From contig JAUPSS010000003.1 in NCBI GenBank assembly GCA_040285825.1, forward strand, positions 1,550,001 to 1,614,000: 64,000 nt of DNA, read 5' to 3'. The position numbers and the translations under genes are program-made. The DNA comes from Eukaryota sp. TZLM1-RC (taxonomy: Eukaryota; Protista; Metamonada: BaSk clade). Positions 57,162-64,000 of this stretch are shown in pieces (the stretch's first letter is position 1; each line of letters begins with the position of its first letter). The notes under the pieces were generated by a model that searched no databases, was not told where the DNA came from, and worked only from the letters and a program-made list of their open reading frames with translations.

Positions 57162-60100
57162 TGTTGTTTAGGTTTTCGTTGGAATCAAATGATTTGTAAA
57201 AAAAGGAGCAACGGATTTCATGTGTACTTTCCCATGGATCTTTATGAAACCTTCAACCGACTTCCAAACAAACAAAGTACACATTACTACTGTTAATCGT
57301 TGTGTCAAATCATCTGCCTAAAAATATCTTTTTGTATTAGGGAAGAAAATTACACATTCTGAACCATTGTACTTTAGCTTCAAGACCTGTATACAAGGAT
57401 GAAAACAATTCAATCTGCCTCTGATTTACTGAAATCAGATTTGAAAACTTCTCTTGGAAATGTCCAAATAGACAAAAAAGTCAAACTTAAGACTTGAATA
57501 TTAGTAAAAATAATTCGATACTTTTTAACTACTTTTCAGTTTCTCTTGGTGTGTCAGTTCTATTCCAAGTACAGGAGAATTTTTGGAATGTGTTTCAAAA
57601 CTGTGGCAGGTATTTGGAACTACTTTCAAGTATTTTATTGTCTTGATTAATACAAGTTTTTGTGAAAAGCAATGTTTAATTGTTAGACAATCGACTAATG
57701 TGTAACATTGAATTATTGAACATTTGACTAGGCTACCACTCACTGTTTGATTTCAATTAATTAAAGTATATTACTGCCCATCCAGTAATCCCAACTCCTG
57801 ATAATAAGAGATGAAATTATTTTTCCTAACAATTTAACAAATAATCGGTTATTTCAGTTCAAGATTCCAACAATTCTATTTCGAAGTGGTTCCTAACGAA
57901 AAACTCAGAAAATGTTGTTTAGGTTTTCGTTGGAATCAAATGATTTGTAAAAAAAGGAGCAACGGATTTCATGTGTACTTTCCCATGGATCTTTATGAAA
58001 CCTTCAACCGACTTCCAAACAAACAAAGTACACATTACTACTGTTAATCGTTGTGTCAAATCATCTGCCTAAAAAATATCTTTTGTATTAGGGAAGAAAA
58101 TTACACATTCTGAACCATTGTACTTTAGCTTCAAGACCTGTATACAAGGATGAAAACAATTCAATCTGCCTCTGATTTACTGAAATCAGATTTGAAAACT
58201 TCTCTTGGAAATGTCCAAATAGACAAAAAAGTCAAACTTAAGACTTGAATATTAGTAAAAATAATTCGATACTTTTTAACTACTTCTCAGTTTCTCTTGG
58301 TGTGTCAGTTCTATTCCAAGTACAGGAGAATTTTTGGAATGTGTTTCAAAACTGTGGCAGGTATTTGGAACTACTTTCAAGTATTTTATTGTCTTGATTA
58401 ATACAAGTTTTTGTGAAAAGCAATGTTTAATTGTTAGACAATCGACTAATGTGTAACATTGAATTATTGAACATTTGACTAGGCTACCACTCACTGTTTG
58501 ATTTCAATTAATTAAAGTATATTACTGCCCATCCAGTAATCCCAACTCCTGATAATAAGAGATGAAATTATTTTTCCTAACAATTTAACAAATAATCGGT
58601 TATTTCAGTTCAAGATTCCAACAATTCTATTTCGAAGTGGTTCCTAACGAAAAACTCAGAAAATGTTGTTTAGGTTTTCGTTGGAATCAAATGATTTGTA
58701 AAAAAAGGAGCAACGGATTTCATGTGTACTTTCCCATGGATCTTTATGAAACCTTCAACCGACTTCCAAACAAACAAAGTACACATTACTACTGTTAATC
58801 GTTGTGTCAAATCATCTGCCTAAAAAATATCTTTTTGTATTAGGGAAGAAAATTACACATTCTGAACCATTGTACTTTAGCTTCAAGACCTGTATACAAG
58901 GATGAAAACAATTCAATCTGCCTCTGATTTACTGAAATCAGATTTGAAAACTTCTCTTGGAAATGTCCAAATGGACAAAAAAGTCAAACTTAAGACTTGA
59001 ATATTAGTAAAAATAATTCGATACTTTTTAACTACTTTTCAGTTTCTCTTGGTGTGTCAGTTCTATTCCAAGTACAGGAGAATTTTTGGAATGTGTTTCA
59101 AAACTGTGGCAGGTATTTGGAACTACTTTCAAATATTTTATTGTCTTGATTAATACAAGTTTTTGTGAAAAGCAATGTTTAATTGTTAGACAATCGATTA
59201 ATGTGTAACATTGAATTATTGAACATTTGACTAGGCTACCACTCACTGTTTGATTTCAATTAATTAAAGTATATTACTGCCCATCCAGTAATCCCAACTC
59301 CTGATAATAAGAGATGAAATTATTTTTCCTAACAATTTAACAAATAATCGGTTATTTCAGTTCAAGATTCCAACAATTCTATTTCGAAGTGGTTCCTAAC
59401 GAAAAACTCAGAAAATGTTGTTTAGGTTTTCGTTGGAATCAAATGATTTGTAAAAAAAGGAGCAACGGATTTCATGTGTACTTTCCCATGGATCTTTATG
59501 AAACCTTCAACCGACTTCCAAACAAACAAAGTACACATTACTACTGTTAATCGTTGTGTCAAATCATCTGCCTAAAAAATATCTTTTGTATTAGGGAAGA
59601 AAATTACACATTCTGAACCATTGTACTTTAGCTTCAAGACCTGTATACAAGGATGAAAACAATTCAATCTGCCTCTGATTTACTGAAATCAGATTTGAAA
59701 ACTTCTCTTGGAAATGTCCAAATAGACAAAAAAGTCAAACTTAAGACTTGAATATTAGTAAAAATAATTCGATACTTTTTAACTACTTTTCGGTTTCTCT
59801 TGGTGTGTCAGTTCTATTCCAAGTACAGGAGAATTTTTGGAATGTGTTTCAACACTGTGGCAGGTATTTGGAACTACTTTCAAGTATTTTATTGTCTTGA
59901 TTAATACAAGTTTTTGTGAAAAGCAATGTTTAATTGTTAGACAATCGACTAATGTGTAACATTGAATTATTGAACATTTGACTAGGCTACCACTCACTGT
60001 TTGATTTCAATTAATTAAAGTATATTACTGCCCATCCAGTAATCCCAACTCCTGATAATAAGAGATGAAATTATTTTTCCTAACAATTTAACAAATAATC

Positions 60101-60920
60101 GGTTATTTCAGTTCAAGATTCCAACAATTCTATTTCGAAGTGGTTCCTAACGAAAAACTCAGAAAATGTTGTTTAGGTTTTCGTTGGAATCAAATGATTT
60201 GTAAAAAAAGGAGCAACGGATTTCATGTGTACTTTCCCATGGATCTTTATGAAACCTTCAACCGACTTCCAAACAAACAAAGTACACATTACTACTGTTA
60301 ATCGTTGTGTCAAATCATCTGCCTAAAAAAATATCTTTTTGTATTAGGGAAGAAAATTACACATTCTGAACCATTGTACTTTAGCTTCAAGACCTGTATA
60401 CAAGGATGAAAACAATTCAATCTGCCTCTGATTTACTGAAATCAGATTTGAAAACTTCTCTTGGAAATGTCCAAATGGACAAAAAAGTCAAACTTAAGAC
60501 TTGAATATTAGTAAAAATAATTCGATACTTTTTAACTACTTTTCAGTTTCTCTTGGTGTGTCAGTTCTATTCCAAGTACAGGAGAATTTTTTGGAATGTG
60601 TTTCAAAACTGTGGCAGGTATTTGGAACTACTTTCAAATATTTTATTGTCTTGATTAATACAAGTTTTTGTGAAAAGCAATGTTTAATTGTTAGACAATC
60701 GATTAATGTGTAACATTGAATTATTGAACATTTGACTAGGCTACCACTCACTGTTTGATTTCAATTAATTAAAGTATATTACTGCCCATCCAGTAATCCC
60801 AACTCCTGATAATAAGAGATGAAATTATTTTTCCTAACAATTTAACAAATAATCGGTTATTTCAGTTCAAGATTCCAACAATTCTATTTCGAAGTGGTTC
60901 CTAACGAAAAACTCAGAAAA
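57162..60920. repeat. Tandem array of five ~751-bp units
   Basis: Units start at 57162, 57913, 58664, 59416 and 60167 and differ only by a few SNPs and homopolymer lengths. Confidence 0.97.
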
Positions 60921-61829
60921 TGCCGAATGTGCGACTAATTCCACCATATTTTTATTGTTACAGAAAGACCTCAAAAACGAAACTATAAAAAAATAGGTTA
61001 TTTTAAATAACGAATGAGGCAAAATATGACAAACAGTGTGGTGCTGGCAATAGGTACAAAAAAGTAAAATTGGAAAGGTTCTATGAAATAAGCCTATTAC
61101 TTTCGTTTCATCTACAAAAATAATTTCAATAACCATCTACTCTTTTAAAAAAATTCATTTGGTTGAAAACTGAGATACTGTGCTGAAATTTTTTCAACCA
61201 AACAGCCAAATTCTTGTAAAAGTCTAGGTACACTTGCAGTAAGGAAACATATGACAATAGATGACAACATCACTTAATAAAGATAAAGTAGGAAAACACA
61301 GGTGACAACACATTTGTTTCTTTTGTCAACATAATCTACAGCATTGTTTTAATATTCCTTATTTCTTACATTAACTACTTCTGTCCTACTTCTACGAAGA
61401 TTTGTAAAATTGCGACACTTTATTTATTACTTTACGCATCTCACGGTTATAGACTATGTAAAAGAAAAAATGCTATAGACTTCTGAATTTGTTTTATTTA
61501 AACAATTAATTCAAAACACGGGTGAAAGGGATTTGTGTGTGGATACCTCCACAATTCCGCTGCCCTGACAATATAGAACAGTTGATATGATGACAAATGT
61601 GAATGCTTGATCCTGCTTAAATGTCTTGTCATTCCGAACGTAGAAATTGATGTATAGTCACAACAAGGTAAGCCACAGGCGAACTTTCTTGGAGAATTAG
61701 GACATTGTACGAGATGATTCTTCAATTTATCAATTGTTTTGCGATCTTTTTTTGGCCCATAAGTTTAATGAATTACGTGCAAAAGTCTTGTCACCATTAT
61801 TACGACGTTAAATGTTCCTAATTCCTGAT

Positions 61830-64000
61830 TATGCTTATCTTAGTCCACATTATGGCGGTTTAGGTTGCACAAAACACCTCTATCCTTACTCCAAATGCTT
61901 TTATCGGTAGATGCAGATAAGCATTATTTGAGTTTTTCTGAAAGATTTGCCCATTGGAAAGCTTTATTAATGACAACGCAAAGTTCTACTATTTTTGCAT
62001 TAAATGAAGAAATTTCAAAAATTGACGTAGAAAAATGGAGTCGATCCTTTCCCCAATCATTCAATGCTAATATTCCTGAAAAAGAATTCTTTAAGTTTAA
62101 AATTTACCCTTCGAGGATTACAGAAACGATTGACTGGAATATATGAAAATGCTCTTTATAACAAAATATGTGCAGCTCGGCTGTTTTAAACCAAGATCTT
62201 CACTCATTGTTATTGGAAAAAGGTGTTTGTGAAAATCAGTCATCGGATTCTTCCCTGTTTATGACCATTGTACCACGAAGCGGGTGGACTGTGTGCTAAT
62301 AATGAAGCGTTTGTAACAAACATAAGATTATATTTGAATATCCCCATTAATCAATTATTATCAAAAGAAAAATGTATTTGTGTTGGCGCCCTAAGGCTTT
62401 TATAATATGATAAGAAAATAAATCAACTTTTTCCTCATTGACTTTTCTTTATTACAATAGATTTTAGGCAACAACAATTATTGGCCATTTTAAACTCAAA
62501 AGGTATACCGCAAATAACTTCAGTACTCAACAAGAAACCAGCAAACCAGATATGTTCATCATGTCAGACATCTCCCAAAGAAACTTTGAACTTACTCGTT
62601 CATTACCAAACATGCAGCAACAGGAACAACAACAAGACATAGAAACACATAAGGAAGAGGGTAACGAGGTAACGGACCCGATCCCACCTCCCCTCCCCAA
62701 AAGTTAAACATGAAAGAGCGGACGAGGTCCCTCCTTCTGCAGTTATAAAAGAGGTTACGAGAACGGACCCGGTTCTTTCTCCCCTCAAGAATATAGGATT
62801 ACCCAAGGAGGTAACGAGAACGGATTCGGTTCCCACTTCCCTCGAGAAAGAGAGATTTGTCGACGAAAGTAACGAGAACGGATCTGGCTCCTTTTCCCCT
62901 CCAAAATGTAGAACCTGTCAATAAGGGAACGGATGAAAATCCCACCTTAAACAAGTCGACCCTCTTAGCAGAGTATGATGAATTTTATGCTCAACTAAAT
63001 GACATGGGGAAGATTACTCCAGTGATGGATTCTACAAACTCCTAACAAGGACGCGGAACCTTACCTCGAATTAATGGACTTGTATCTGTTGGAGCAGTTC
63101 CCTCCTTCATGGAGCCAAACACAAAAATAAGTCGGCTCCATACGAGATTACGAGTAGAGACTCCACCTCCACTATTATTGTACTACAATGCAAAGATACG
63201 GTCCTTGTTGCTTTGATATTTTTAGTCGTAAAACCAGAACTTTAACAACAAAAGACGCCGCCTTCAGGTTTCTGAGGTTTGTTACTTTGCTGACTGTTTT
63301 TTTTGATTCAACATAGACGCTGCTTGATCATTAGCGAATCCATTCTTCGATTTCATGATACCTTTACTAAACGACACTACCACGTTACTCGTATACGAAA
63401 AAGGGGAGAAGCAGAGCGTCTTTATGTAGCGATTACAACATACACAACAAAGTATTCAAACACACAGATCTTGGAACGAGGCCCTTTTCAGTTATTGCTT
63501 ACTACCTTATACTAACATTATTGTAGGAGAGTCATAGTACATCAATTGTCGATCTTAAAAATGTGAATTCAGTGTTTGTGTGAATCCCAATCACTACAGA
63601 GATAATTGTAGACAATAGAAAACATTAGATTTTGGAATTTAGTTCTTAGTAGTTATAGTTATTCAGTTATTTGTTCTTAATTTTAGTTTCATATTCATAT
63701 AAGCTGATTTATTTCGAAAAAGGGAAGAAATAGTGTTGGTGCCCTAAGGCTTATATAATATGATAAGAAAATAAATCAATTTTTTCCTGATTGATTTTTC
63801 TTTATTACAATAGACTTTAGGCAACATTTGTTTGAATTCACCACAGCTCACTTTGCGTCATGCTCTAAATTGTTCTGAATTGATAACTAATCGTTCTTCA
63901 TTATATGATGCTGTATGAGACACTGTTTTTAATATGGCACGAACTGCAAGAATCTGGTGTATCAAAGAGCCTCTGCTGAAAGAAACATTGTCATTGAATA
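61830..64000 (+). mobile_element. Decayed RLE non-LTR retrotransposon 3' part, interrupted by an LTR element
   Basis: HYGGLG; joining 62380 to 63831 restores KCICLNSPQLTLRHALNC..SSLYDAV*D..KEPLL (zinc knuckle and RLE start). Confidence 0.75.
62381..63826 (+). mobile_element. Internally deleted LTR retroelement with 93-bp LTRs (62381-62473, 63734-63826)
   Basis: TGTTG...CAACA termini, 4-bp TSD TTTG, polypurine tract GAAAAAGGGAAGAAATAG before the 3' LTR, GPF-like motif near 63480. Confidence 0.88.

Noticed and set aside
57525-60751. Repeated 72-aa ORFs in the tandem array as a multigene family, or the array as CRISPR-like
   Set aside because: Non-ATG starts, a frameshift in unit 5, no recognisable domain, and no unique spacers between units
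61498-61725. C2H2 zinc-finger-like ORF
   Set aside because: Isolated fragment without an ATG; too weak to call a gene

Overview
AT-rich, gene-dense eukaryotic (protist-like) DNA with very short GT-AG introns (26-30 nt) and the standard genetic code. Host genes include a TIS11/ZFP36-like CCCH protein, a 1492-aa repeat membrane protein, TMEM208/SND2, eL38-like, PKD2, ANTH, LRR, Derlin, a bacterial-type hypothetical protein, a CoA-binding protein, a UBE2O-like E2, TAF5, uridine phosphorylase, RING-H2, BSD and an HPS5/VPS41-like protein. They are interspersed with dense mobile DNA. The main result is three distinct families of Fanzor (eukaryotic TnpB) RNA-guided nuclease elements. Family A has 4 copies (consensus about 651 aa); three of them carry a conserved, highly structured ~240-nt candidate omegaRNA with GNRA tetraloops and a sharp 3' boundary followed by different guide-position sequences. 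Family B is a single decayed copy. Family C is a decayed TIR-bounded pogo-like transposon (38266-45014) whose Fanzor appears N-terminally fused to a DEDDy/PolB-type 3'-5' exonuclease, with a divergently oriented pogo transposase remnant. Also present: an IS630/Tc1 DD34E transposase, many RLE-type non-LTR retrotransposon pieces, a short-LTR element nested in a LINE, and a 5 x 751-bp tandem array. All protein-family calls come from motif recognition by eye, not database searches.
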